A stretch of DNA of 64,000 nucleotides, taken from positions 3,162,001-3,226,000 of the forward strand of contig CDPCPM010000317.1 of NCBI GenBank assembly GCA_976551045.1, read 5' to 3'. The notes below the pieces were generated by a model, which was given only the letters and a program-made list of their open reading frames with translations, was not told the DNA's origin and searched no databases. Made by a program: the position numbers and the translations under genes. Source of the DNA: Glaucostegus cemiculus. Its lineage: Eukaryota. Below, in pieces: positions 1 through 11,620 of this stretch. How positions within the stretch are numbered: position 1 is the stretch's first letter; each line of letters opens with the position of its first letter.

Positions 1-58
1 CCACACCTGAGGTCAGGATTGAACCTGGTTCCATGGAACTTGAGGCAGCAGCATTAAT
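1..58 (-). mobile_element. 5' head fragment of a tRNA-derived V-SINE (HE1-like)
   Basis: ggattgaacc (16-25) is the reverse complement of a Pol III B-box (GGTTCAATCC), followed by gaggcagcagc as in the heads of the fuller SINE copies at 10485 and 49655. Confidence 0.55.
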
Positions 59-169
59 GAGGCTGGTGGTGCCTGATGGGGTGGACAGCAGAGTGGTTTA
101 AGAGGTGTTGTACTCCATCTATTTACACTATGTGCTCCCAATGCATGAACCCAAGGTTCCCATAAGCAT

Positions 170-560
170 CCTCAACTCTCCTCTTGCACTGTCAGTGATC
201 ACAGGTCTGACACCACCAAGTCACTGGGATGTTGCATTATATTTTAAGAATATTTTGAAATATCCTTGAACATTTTTTCTTTGTCTACCTGACAAAGTGA
301 CAAAGCCCCAAATAGAGAGTGTGCATTTTGGAAGTTGTTGTCAAATATGTGAATGGGCTGACCAAGTAACTGGGACCTCAGTGCTACAGGTTTTGGCCAG
401 GATACTGATGTGGATTCACTGATATCACCAGTGAACCTGGAATATTTTGCAGAGACAACTTTGTGGTGGTGTTCCAGGAATCCACAGGGAAGTAAGATAT
501 ACGAGGACGCTTAAAGAATGCCAAGGCTGGCACAAGTCAGCACAAAGAATAGCTGTGGGT
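170..560 (-). mobile_element. Highly decayed RTE-clade LINE ORF2 3' fragment
   Basis: Motifs such as ttggccaggatactgatg and ggaatattttgcagagacaac...gtggtggtgttccagg resemble the antisense of RTE/BovB-type ORF2 C-termini (from memory). No open frame remains. Confidence 0.4.
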
Positions 561-1419
561 GGATGGGGGTGGGGTGGGGGGGGGGAAGGGTGGTTGCAAT
601 CACTGGGACATTTTTAGCTGCATTTCCCACTTTGCCAAACAATTGGAGGCAGATTTCTCATCACCGTCCATTTCATCCAGACAGATGAGTTGGCGTTTTG
701 TTTTGACAAACAGAACTAAAATTAAAATTTAAAACATTTCCATGTAAATCTCAAAGTTCAACAGGAATAACACATTTGTAGGTTAATTAAGCAAAGCATT
801 TATTTTTCTTAAATAAAGTGTGTTAGACTGTAACCTCTTCCCATGCTAATTAAATGCCAAGGGCAGAGATCAAGGTAATTAATCAACAAAAACTTAATGC
901 TGAATGTCAAAAAACATCAGAATTGTGAAGCTTGAGGAAAGAAGATTGCACCCAGCATGTAGATTGCTAGCACTCTGATGTCCCATGTGTCTCTAATCTC
1001 AACACCACTCCCTCTTTGAATAAATATAAACCTTTGTGTTTCAATCGGACACAGCTCAGTGGTAACCGCAGAACTTCCACCATGTCCTCGGACGTCCCTC
1101 AATCCAATCTCAGAAGAAAATTTTCTTTCAGTTATCCGTTCTTTCTTCTTGGTTCCTCCACATTCGTCATGCACACACTTGCTGCTTCTGACCTACTTGC
1201 TGCGCCTACTGCTAAAGGTAAGACTCACCTGGCCAAATCGACTCCAGCACCAACCTGGCACTAGTCATCACCTCCTTTAAATAACAGCAAATTGGCATGA
1301 TTGAGGATTGGACAGTCAGTGAGCCACTGCCATAACGTTGAGAACTGTCTATAATATTCCTATGTTTGACAGATTTTACAGAGCAGAATCACTGGGCCAG
1401 TATTCCCATAAAGATTTAA

Positions 1420-1660
1420 CCAGGTTAATCCCCAATTTCCAGCTCCTGGTCAATAGCCTCTTTGGATTTCCACACTTCAAGTGCTCATCCAATTACACTT
1501 CAAATGTGCCGAGGCTTTCTGTGTCCACCACTGTTTCTGGTGGTTAGATCCTGATGCCCAACACCCACTGGATAAAAACATCTTTCTTCAACTCCCTCTC
1601 ATCCTTCCCCCTATTAATTTAAATCTCCCTGGTCTTTGCCTAGCCACGAACAGATAAAAG
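1420..1660 (-). mobile_element. CR1-type LINE 3' fragment
   Basis: cacttcaagtgctcatccaattac...tccaccactgtttctggtgg...cccactggataaaaac is the antisense of the CR1 3' block seen at 13680-13790. Confidence 0.6.
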
Positions 1661-1669
1661 TCTATTTTT

Positions 1670-1900
1670 TCATTCATTTTTTGGGATGTAGGTGTTGCTG
1701 GCAAAGCCTTGGTGAGCCACCTACTCTGAGTGTTACAGTCCTTCTAGTCATAGAGATATTGGGAAGGAGTTCCAGGATTTAAAAGCAGTGACAATGTAAG
1801 GATGGGAAAATAAAATATTTGAATTCAATGAGAAACCCTGGAACTTGCCAAGGATTAAGATGCCGTTCCTTGCTGCATTGGGCTTTCTGGAGACCAGAGA
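1670..1900 (-). mobile_element. 3' end of a second CR1/L2-superfamily LINE family (here family B)
   Basis: ttcattcattttttgggatgtaggtgttgctggc...gggaaggagttccaggatt. The same block recurs at about 8600-8800 (-) and as the sense 3' end at 55200-55400. Confidence 0.55.
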
Positions 1901-1987
1901 GCAGTAGGAGGAGGATAGAAAATTAAAGTGACAGGCAACTGGAAGATTGGGATCATCCTTGTAGATTGAAAGAGATCAGGAAACAGG

Positions 1988-2346
1988 ACTGGACAGGTTG
2001 GGGTGGTTTTCCTTGGAGTAGAAAAGGGGAGTTAGAAAAATTATGAGGCCATATGTAGGGTGGACAATCAGTAACTTTTCCCCATAGCAGAGGTGTCCAT
2101 AACCAGGGAGCATACATTAAAGGTAAGGAGTAGGAGGCTGAAGAAGAATTGTTTCACCCAGAGGATGACTGAAATCTGAAACAGGATGCTGGAGTAGCTG
2201 GAAAAGGCAGAGTCTCTCACAACTTTTATGTAGCATTTAGATGACTTGTTGAAATGTCATGGCATAAAAAACAACAGGACTATTATAGATAGGTCCTTCA
2301 TTGTGGGCAGAAGGACCTGTTCCATGCTGTATGTCCCCATGGCTCT
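1988..2346 (+). mobile_element. CR1-type LINE 3' end
   Basis: ttttccttggagtag...tttcacccagagg...tggaac...gggcagaaggacctgttccatgctgtatg is colinear with the young copy at 13292-13910. Confidence 0.75.
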
Positions 2347-2489
2347 TTAACAGCAGGATAACTCCCATCTTTGTGTGGAATTCATGCAGACAAATATGAT
2401 GGGACAGGGGGACAGGAAAGATGGATGTAGACTCCTAGAGTTTTGGAACTAGTTCTGGGCCAGACAAGTGGCACCTCAGAGCAGGAATA

Positions 2490-3880
2490 GGGAGGTTTGC
2501 TACTGCTGACGGGGGAAGGTTTAATCTAATGTGTCGGGGGCTGGCTGGTCAGGCATGGGAACGTAGCATTGAAAAGGAGAAAAATGGCACAATGATTAGA
2601 AAATAAATTGAGACTGAACAAAAAATAAGTGTTTAGACAAATCCGATTCAGGCACAGTCTAAGATAGGTTTATAGTGTCAGTATATAAACCAAAGAAGAG
2701 TATGAAAGAGGGCTGGTGACTGAAGGGGGAACTAGCCAAGTGGGGCAACTGTTGTGGCAATAACAGAGACTAGTTGAAGAAAGGGCAGGAATACATTCTG
2801 AATATTCCCAGTTACAAAGTGTCAGGAAAGAGAGGGAGTGAAGAAAGGGAAGGGGGTGATGGGGGGGGGGGCGGGGTGGTGGGGGAAGCAGTGTTGATTG
2901 AGGAGAATATGGCAGTGCTGGGAAGAGAGGATATCCCAGAACATTCAAGAACAGAATCTTTCCACTGAGAGTTCAGAGGCATTATAGGAACAATTCCATC
3001 ACTGGGACTGGTCTACAGTTGGGCAGCACGATAGTGTAACGGTTAGCGCGACGCTGTTACAGCACCAACAATCGGGGTTTGATTCCCGCCACTGACTGTA
3101 AGGAGTTTGTACGTTCTCCCGTGTCTGTGTGGGTTTCCTCCGGGTGCCACAGTTTCCTCCCACATTCTAAAAAGACGTACGGGTAGCTTAATTTGGGGGT
3201 TTAAAATGGGCGGCGCGGACTCATTGCGCCGAAAGGGCCTGTTCCCACGCTGTAAATAAAATTTTTTAAAGATAGTTCCCCAGCTGGAGAGAAGGATGTG
3301 GAGGAGCAAGGACATTGCAGAAGCCTGCAACTGTCCTGGAGCAGGGACCCAACTATTCAACAAATAAGAGTATAGGAGCAAGAAAGCTGTGATGAATCCT
3401 TTGTAAAATACTGGTTTGGCCACTACTGGGAGCATTGTGTCCAGTTGTGGATGCCACACTTTAGGGGAGATGTGAAGGCATTAGGGGGGGCACAAGTTAG
3501 ATTTCTCAAAATAATTTCAGGAATGAGGGACTTTAGTTACATGGATGGACTGGGGAAAGAAGCTGGGGTTGCTCTCTTTGGAAAAGAAGTGGCTGTGAGG
3601 AAATCTAGTAGAGGTAATTCAAATCAATGTTTCATACACAGGGAGATGTTATTCTCCATGGTGGAGGGTTCAACAACTAGATAAGTGGAATAAAGAATCA
3701 GATTAACATGAGGAAAATATTTTTGTGGAGGTAGTGGTTGGGTCTGGAACGCACTGCCTGGGAGGATAGTGAAGGCAGATTCAACTGTTGGGTTCAGCAG
3801 GGAACTGGATAAGGAAGATAAAGCTGGGCTGTGGGGAGAGGGCGGGCAGCAGGTCAGCTGGAGCCAGAACAGACTGATGT
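2490..3880 (+). mobile_element. Decayed, internally deleted CR1 LINE (ORF1/ORF2 junction, endonuclease, 3' ORF2), interrupted by a V-SINE
   Basis: ORF 2774-2968 (KKGQEYILNIPSYKV...AVLIEENMAVLGREDI) resembles the CR1 APE endonuclease. 3360-3880 matches the CR1 3' block (gagcattgtgtccagttgtgg...tggaacgcactgcctggg). Confidence 0.7.
3021..3270 (+). mobile_element. Full-length young V-SINE (HE1-like) with CR1-type tail
   Basis: A-box-like tagtgtaacgg, B-box-like ggtttgattcc, V-domain ggagtttgtacgttctcccgtgtctgtgtgggtttcctccgggtg, and tail gccgaaagggcctgttcccacgctgta matching the CR1 3' end. Many CpGs are retained. Confidence 0.9.
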
Positions 3881-4089
3881 GGGTTGAATCACACTGCGCC
3901 CCCACCCCCCCCACTTCTGTGCTGTGTTCACCTGGAGGAACATTGATGACACATCCATGATGTTCCTTGTTTTTTTACATTCCAAGCCACAGGTGGAAAC
4001 TCCTCCATGTTACATCACACTTGTCGCATCTGACAGCCAGCATTTATTGCCCTTCCCTCAAACAGCTTACATTCGCAGGGCGAACACTC

Positions 4090-4380
4090 ACTAGATGTTT
4101 CCTCCAGTGGAGTATGGAACCAAGGCAGCAGATTCAGAATAAGGGATGTCCCACTTAGGACAGAGATCTGAGAGTCTTTGGATTTTTCTACCTCACTGAG
4201 CTGTGTAAGGGCAGTCATTAAATATACTTAAGGCAACATTGACAAACATTTAAATTCCAAGGGAGTTGAGGTATATGGGGAAAGAGGATGAAAGTGATGT
4301 TGGGGCCAACGGCCATGAATCTTACTGAGCAGGTTGAAGGAGACAGCCACCTATTCCTGCTCCTGGCAATTGTATTCTCA
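4090..4380 (+). mobile_element. CR1-type LINE 3' fragment (older subfamily)
   Basis: gatgtttcctccagtggag...cagaataagggatgtcccac...ggccatgaatc...cctattcctgctcct; the same subfamily appears at 57780-58110. Confidence 0.6.
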
Positions 4381-4749
4381 TCTACATGCGTCTGTCTTTA
4401 AGCAAATCAGTTGATTTTTTTATAACCTCACAATGCTCCTCACTTCTACCAACACCAGCTTCCAAAGCACAATTTACATTTTCAAACCATCATGGTGGGA
4501 TTTGAACTAATTTTCTGGATCACAGTCTGTTTCACGTGTGAAATTAATTTGCATACTTCTTCACGTCTCAGATCCATTTGTTTATTTTTAGATGAACCCT
4601 TTACACCTCCAGTCACCACAGTCAACGACTTGTAAAGCCGATCACAGATGTGGTATGGGCTGGCCTTGACTGCGGGAGATTGAACCAAAATATCTACAAG
4701 TACACAAGGCCGAAATGAGGCTGTCCTTCTCACTTGTTTCAGTCTGTGG

Positions 4750-5130
4750 GCATTGCCAGCATTTATTGCCTATCACGCATTACCCCTGAGAGGTGACAGG
4801 TGGTTTGAACTCGCGCAGACTGACTGTTTTAAGTCAGTGGTTATAATGCAACTGAGTGGCTTTTCTGGAGTCCAGAGGGCAGCTGAGAGACAACCATGTT
4901 GTGGCTCTGGCCAAGCTGGGTAAAGATCGACGACCTTCTCCCTGAGCGGTGTGAGTCAGCCAGATGTGATTTTGACAATATTACAGCAGTGTTGTGGGCA
5001 CCATGACTAAAATAATATCTTTTGTTAAATAATCCTGATTTTTTTTTAGTGAATTTAAACCCCACAGCTGGGATTTGAAATCATTACTCCATTAGTCCAG
5101 GGTCCTAGGTTACGGATGTGTAAGTACTGT
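4750..5130 (-). mobile_element. tRNA-type SINE whose tail matches LINE family B
   Basis: ccagcatttattgcc tail, caactgagtggc...agagggcagctgagag core, and gaatttaaaccccacagctgggatttgaa head. Homologous to 38740-39130 (-) and 55810-56040 (+). Confidence 0.65.
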
Positions 5131-5399
5131 TTCTGGGCTGCATCACTCGATGACATTTGCTTTATTTCCAATAACAATCAACTCATTCTCCATATCCTTT
5201 AGCTTCAAGGTGAAACTAATGCAGCACTATTCGCTTCAGACTCTCCTGCTAATGCACAAACTTGAGATATTTTCTTCCATTGTTAAGCATTTAATCTTGC
5301 AAAGATCTCAGCCATTCTATTAGAGCATCAAGTTATGTCCCACCTGTCCTTAACCTGTAAATGGTAAAGTGATTGGGAATTATCCTTCCGGCTCCAGGG

Positions 5400-5535
5400 A
5401 TTTACGTCCAAAATTCAGACTGAAGTTCCAAGTGCTGCAGCAAGGGAATGCTGCATTGTGGGAGGGGCAGTACCGAGGGAGGGTCACACTGTGGGAGGGG
5501 CGGTACTGAGAGAAGGTCACAGTGTGAGAGGGGCA
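5400..5535 (+). repeat. SINE-like segment running into 2-3 copies of the 33-bp unit of the 31.9-33.0 kb minisatellite
   Basis: 5470-5502 gtaccgagggagggtcacactgtgggaggggcg differs at 2 of 33 positions from the modal unit gtactgagggagggtcacactgtgggaggggtg. Confidence 0.8.
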
Positions 5536-5539
5536 ATCC

Positions 5540-6900
5540 CTAATCTCACCACACCTCATGTCCTTCTCCTTGGTGAATACCAATATGAAGTACTCGTTAA
5601 GGACCTCAGCCACTTCTTGTGGCTCCAGACATAACTTCCCTCTTTTATCTCTGAGTGGACTTACCTTTTCCCTCACTTCTCTTTTGCTCCTTTTATACAT
5701 ATAAAATGCCTTGGGATTATCCTCGATCTTACATGCCAAGGATATTCTATGACCACTTTCAGCCATCCTGTTTAATTTCTTGTTTTACCTTCTTCCTTTA
5801 TATTCCCAAAAAGATTTGGCTGATTTCAGCTTCCTAAACTTTACATATGTTCCCTTCATGTTTTTGACCAAACTTACAATATCTCTTGTTATCCAAGGTT
5901 CCTGAACCTTGCCATCCGAAGCTTTCATCCTTGCAGGAACATGTTGATTGGCCTTTAAAAGGCTCCCACAAATCAGATGTGGATTCACCCACAAACAGCC
6001 GCTCCCAATCTAATTTCTCCAGTTCGTGCACAATACTGTTGTAATTAGCCTTCCTCACTTTAGCACTTTCACCTGAGGTCCAGTCTTTATCCATTACCAT
6101 CTTAAAGCTTATGGGATTAGCTCACTGTTCCCAAAATGCTTCCCCCACTGAAACTTCAGTCACCTGTGAGGCTCATTCCCCAATGTAGGGTCTTGCACAG
6201 GCTATCACTCATTGGTCAATCTATATATTGCTTCAAGGAACCCCTGGATGCACCAAACAAATTCAGCCCCATGTAAGCCTCTGAAGTCCCAGCCAATATT
6301 GGGGAACTACAATAAATCTGTTTTATATTTTTCCATTAGATTCCTACATATCTTTTCCTCTATCTCTCGCTGGCTATAGGGAAGTCTGGGTATAAGCCCA
6401 TCACAGTCACTGCACCTTTCTTACTCCTGAGTTCTACCTATCTGGCCTCACTTGATGAGCCCTGCAGATTGCCCTTTCTAAATACAACTGTGACATTCTC
6501 CCTAATCAGTAACACATCCACCTCATTTACAACTATACACTAGAACTTCCAAAACATCTATACACTGGGGTTTCTAAAACATATATACATTGGAACTTTG
6601 AGCTGCCAGTCCTGCCTTCTCTCAGTCATGTTTCTGTAATGGCTACAAATCCTAGTTCCATGGTACTAATCCAGGCTCTAAACTCACCTGCTTTACCTGC
6701 TGTACTCCTTGCATTAAAATAAATGCACTTCAGATCATCATTCCCGCAGTGTTCATTATCATGGCCCTGGCCGTATTTCCTATCACACTTACTTGACTTA
6801 ACCCCTCCTTCTCCTCAATCTCTCCACCTGCTGACCTACTGCTCAGTTTCCCAGCCCCCTGCCACACTAGTTTAAACCCTCCCAAGATGAACAATGGGAA
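5540..6900 (-). mobile_element. CR1 LINE ORF2 5' half (endonuclease and linker), frameshifted
   Basis: ORFs 5380-5766 (KIEDNPKAFYMYKRSKR...AEVLNEYFILVFTKE), 5785-5994 (EPWITRDI) and 5834-6100 (RKANY...LEKLDWERLF) are typical CR1 ORF2 motifs. Confidence 0.85.
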
Positions 6901-8129
6901 TTGTCCATGGGGCTGGCTCCGCATTTGGCTGTGACTAGTGGGCAGGAGACGATCAATGCAAAATTGATTATCAATTATTTTGGGCAAGGTTTGCAATGTA
7001 AGTGGAGCAAATTTGTGAAGAGGAGTTGAGATGGAGACCACCTTCAGGCTAATCAATGGCAGGACAGAAATGTGAAGATGAATGGCCCAAGTCTGTGCCC
7101 AAGTTCTTGATAGCTTGTGGTCCGAGACAAAGCCCATTGTTTCCTGCACAAACCATTCCTCAACTTAAGAAGGGACACATTCCTGGAAAGTGTTTCACTG
7201 ACCAAAAGGCTGAATGAAATACATCATCAGAATGGTGTATGCCTTCCCATGGAACGATTCCTGCCAGTAATTTCCAGCAATATAAATCTTACATTTACAT
7301 GGCAGCCTATCAACAACAGCCAACAATTGTTAAGGGAAACACAGTTAATGCTTCAGTCATTGACCTTTCCTAAGAACAGACACTACTTCACTCTCCACAA
7401 GTGCTCTATGACCATCATCTGTTTTATTTCAGGTTTCCCGTGCCCACAGGATTTTATTTTCACTTTTATCTGATGTCTTTGTTGTTGAAAGATTTCCCAG
7501 TCTCATTACACTGGACAGCTCAGTGTGTTTTGCTTTAATAAACTACTTTTGAACTGCACCAGTTGATCAGTAGGTTATTAACTGGTGCAAGAACCGTGGA
7601 TGTCAATAGCAGTGAAGGGAAGAATGACCTTGCGAGGCCTTGTGTTGGCGTTAAGTAGAGCAGCTGGCATGGAATCAGATTTCTGTTCAAGCTGGAATCC
7701 CAGCCAGACAAGAACCAAAGTAAATTGGTTCCCAATGAGTATTGCTTCAGCAAGAAGCAAGTGGAAGAACTGACTCAGACCAGAGTGAAACAGAAAGAGT
7801 TGGCCATGCAGCCCATTGCCTTGTGTGCTGGAGCTAACTTGGCAACGTGTCCATCGACTCCAGATTAAGGCATTTCACTTGGACAGTTATTCTTTCTGGT
7901 AAATCATTCATCTGATTACCAGACAGATGGAGAGAAACTGTACAGTAACAGAGCTCCAGTCACCCAACACCCACAGAGTCCCTGGTGATGTAGGTTCTGA
8001 TTCAGACAACAGTGGACCCTGTCCTCTGGCCTGTAGGATATTACTCCGAGCTATTACACCATGATCCAGCAGCACATGCAGCGTTTATGGAGAGCCACCA
8101 ATTCTTACCCACTCCTCCCACTATATCCC

Positions 8130-8490
8130 TTCCCCCCACTGTTCCTGTCTGCCATTCCCCTCCCTTATTTGGTTCCATGCTCTACCTTCCGGTCCCATCA
8201 AATTCCACCTACAGCCCTTTGTCACCTCCACCAATCGCTACTCCACCTCTGCTTCCCCCACCTGACACCATTTGCCAATTGTCCCTCCCACCTGAATCCA
8301 CCTATTGCTTGCCAGCTCTTGCTCCAACCATTTCCCGTCACCTCTGGTTATACTGGTCATCTCTTTCAGTCCAGATGTAGGGTCTCAACCCGAAATGCCG
8401 ATGGTCTATTTCCCTCTACAGACACTGTCTGACCCCTGAGCTCCTCCAGCAGTTTGCTTTTAGCTCCAGATTCCAGTGTCTGCAGTCTGG
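8130..8490 (+). mobile_element. Penelope-like element terminal repeat with a degenerate hammerhead motif (8367-8402)
   Basis: Pyrimidine-rich tract, then cagtc-cagatgt-agggtctcaaccc-gaaatgcc, then ctgacccctgagctcctccagcagtttg...ctccagattccag. Homologous to 31110-31267. Confidence 0.65.
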
Positions 8491-9486
8491 TGTCACCAAT
8501 TCTGTCTGTTTCCTGACTGGAATGGAAGCCAAAAGAGGTGGAAGCAACCTCTTGCTCACGTCAGAGTGACCAGATCCCCAGTCTAAGCCTATTTTCAGGA
8601 GCTGGGTGCTGTTGACAAGCCAGAATTAATTGTTCATACCTAATTGGCCTTGAGAAGGTGTTGAGCCACCTGCTTGAACCTCTGCAGTCCTTCTGGTGTA
8701 GGTGCACCCACAACGTTGCTGGGGAGGGAGTTCTAAAACTCAAGCCTGTGATAATGAAGGACCATTAATCCATTTCCTGGTCAGGATAGTTAGCCACAGA
8801 TATCCCATCTTTCCCATTAGAGCAATATGAAGCCACTTTGATTGAAGCTGAAATTTGCAAGTGAAAACCATGGCATTAAAGTCTGGATCCTTGAACTGGT
8901 GCAAGTTAGAACCATGCAGCTGGTGGCAGGTTGCAGATAGATTCAGATGGAACAGTTCTTTCAGTGTTACTAAGTTAGCACATTTTTGCAAATTAAGATG
9001 GGAACAGGATGCCACAAGAGGTGGAACCAGAAAATGATAACTAATATTTAAAAGAAAGGTGATAATTAGACGATCAGACTAAGAAACAAAAATTCCTGAC
9101 AGCCTTGGAATGGCAATTAGCAGCTCCCGTTGACAGGAAATGAACAGAGATCTCAGGAAAATGGAGAAGGAAGAAAAGGCAGAATCTCGACAAGGAAAGG
9201 GAATCCAGTTACAGTGGTGTCCGTAAACACCTGGTTCACTGGGCCTCCAGTGCCCCTAACCCTAACTCTGCATCCTTTTCCTGCTCCCATGTTTTCTCCC
9301 AATGTAGGAGACATTCAGACCATTTGAGTCCAGTTCAGGGAACCTCATCAATCCCTTTCCCACGTTATTCTTTCTGGCATGTCCATCAACCGATCCCCAA
9401 TCCTGCCAACACTCTCCCACACCAGGACTAACTTACAGTGGCCAATTATCCAACAAACCTTGACCAACATCATGTCAATATTTCAA

Positions 9487-10445
9487 TAGATATAGAACAT
9501 GGAACATAGAACAGCACAGCACAGGAATAAGCCCTTTGGCTCACAATGTTGTGCTGAGCTAATTAAACCAGTAATTAAATGTCTAACTAAATTAATCCCT
9601 TCTGCCTACACATTGTTCATACCCCTCCATTCTTTGCACATTCATGTGCCTATCTAAGAGTCTCTTAAACTCCTCATTCATATTTGCTTCCATCACCACC
9701 CCAGGCAGGACATTCCAGGCACCCCACACTCTCTGTGTAAAAAACTTGTCCCACACATCTCCATTGAACTTGTCCCCTCACCTGAAATGGATGCCCGCTG
9801 GTATTTGACATTTTGTCCCTGGGAGACAAAATGTCAAATACCAGAGGGCATCCATACCAGGCTTCTACCCTACCTCTGCCTCTCATCATCTTATAAACTT
9901 CCATCAGATCTCCCCTCAGCCTCCACCGCTCCAGAGAAAGCAACCGGAGTTTATTTAACCTCTCCTTATAGCACGTGCCCTATAATCCAGGCAGCATCTG
10001 GGTAAACCTCTTCTGCACCCTCCCTGAAGTCTCTATGTCCTTCCTATAACGGGGCAACCAGAACTGAATGCAATACTCCACTCCAGATGTGACCCTGCCA
10101 AAGTTCTATAAAGTTACAACATAACTTTCTGACTCTTCAACTCAATGCCTCGATGAATACAGTGGTATGCACCTTCTTTACCACCCTATAAATGCACATG
10201 GCCACTTTCAGGGAGCTGTGGACTTAGATCCCAAGATCCCTCTGTACATTAACACTGGTAAGGGTCCTGCCATTAACAGTGTACTGTCCTTTCATATCTG
10301 ATCTGCCAAAATGCAACACCTCACATTTGCCCAGATTAAACTCCATCTGCCACTTCTCTGCACATATCTGCAACTGATCTATATCCCGCTGCATCTTTTG
10401 GCAGTCTTCGACACTATGCACAACACCACCAATCCAGATGATCTG
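9487..10445 (-). mobile_element. CR1 (HER1-like) LINE, 3' ~950 bp with tandem tail
   Basis: ORFs 9674-9943 (SLERWRLRGDLMEVYKMMRG) and 10224-10421 (DCQKMQRDIDQL...AEKWQMEFNLGKCEVLHFGR); the tail reads atagaacatggaacatagaac on +. Confidence 0.9.
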
Positions 10446-10484
10446 TAGAAATGTGTATTAATTGTATGAGCTATACTAACAAAT

Positions 10485-10800
10485 AGGGTGGCACAGTGGG
10501 GCAGCAGGTAGTGCAACACTCTCACAGTTCCACAGACTGGGCTCGATCCAGTGCTGTCTGTGTGGAGTTCTCCCTGTGACTGCATGGGTTTCCTCCAGAT
10601 GTTCTGTTTCATCCCACATCCTAACGATGTTCTGGTTGATAGGTTACTTGACCACTGTTAATTACCCCGAGTATGCTCACTCGTGTGAGAATTGGTGGGG
10701 TGCTGACAAGCATGTGAGAGAGGTTACAGGGAGAAAAGTGGGGGAATGGGATCGATGAGATTATTCTGTGAGGCTGAACAACTTCCTTCTCTGTCATAAG
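10485..10800 (+). mobile_element. V-SINE (older HE1-like subfamily)
   Basis: gggtggcacagtggggcagc head, V-domain tgtgtggagttctccctgtgactgcatgggtttcctccag, and a CR1-like tail. Confidence 0.8.
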
Positions 10801-11079
10801 GAAAAGTGAGAAAGTATAATGGATAACGTCAGACAAAATCACCTGAGTAGGAAGTGAGGATTTGTGAACAGGAAGTGCTTTTGCAATTTTAGATATTTTA
10901 ACAATGTAAGATGGTTATACAGATCCTGCAGTTCAATTGTTCCCCATTTCCAGCTTTCTTCGTGTTTGGGTCTGGTTCCCATCTTTACTGAGTGGTGTGT
11001 CCCTAGAGAGAGTGCCACCTGAACTGGGCAGAATTATGCCACAACAACCACAGCTGCCGTCATTTTGAGGTATTTCGGG

Positions 11080-11620
11080 TAAGAAAGGATTGATCTGAGT
11101 TTTAGAATGATGAGAAAATATAAACAGAACAACTCCAAAGTTTTGGTGTCAATGTACACCAGAGGCTAAAATATAGCATTTTGGTTGGCTTGCAGAACCA
11201 AGAGGGAAAAATACTTTGATAGCCAAGGAATGTTACCAGAAATTTAGGATGAATGGGTGGAGTTAAGGTGGATGGGTGGAGTTAAGGTAGATGGGTAGAG
11301 TTAAGGTGGATTGGCGGAGTTAAAGTGAATAGGTGGAGTTAAGGTGGATAGGTGGTTAAGTTGGATAGGTGGAGTTAAGGTAAATAGGTGGAGTTAAGGT
11401 AGATGGGCGGAGTTAAGGTAGATGGGCAGAGTTAAGGTGGATTGGCAGAGTTAAAGTGAATAGGTGGAGTTAAGGTGGATAGGTGGTTAAGTTGGATAGG
11501 TGGTTAAGTTGGACAGGTGGAGTTAAGGTAGATAGGTGGAGTTAAGGTACTAATCGGAAATGATCTCAAACACAAGCTCAGGGTTGAATGTCCTCCTCCT
11601 GCTTCAAAGTTCCTGGAAGG
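11080..11620 (+). mobile_element. Decayed CR1 3' end hosting a minisatellite
   Basis: ttgatagccaagg before the array and ttaaggtac...atgatctc...agggttgaatgtcctcctcctgct after it follow the CR1 3' UTR pattern. Confidence 0.5.
11255..11550. repeat. Minisatellite, ~19-bp unit (G/A)GGTGGAGTTAAGGT(G/A)GAT, ~16 copies
   Basis: Tandem units are directly visible, with 17-bp deletion variants (aggtggttaagttggat). Confidence 0.95.

Noticed and set aside
3021-3095. tRNA gene (also at 53539 and 49655)
   Set aside because: The A/B boxes are SINE heads running straight into the V-domain; no complete cloverleaf or terminator.
11255-11550. Interstitial telomeric repeat
   Set aside because: The unit contains TTAAGG within a 19-mer, not tandem TTAGGG.
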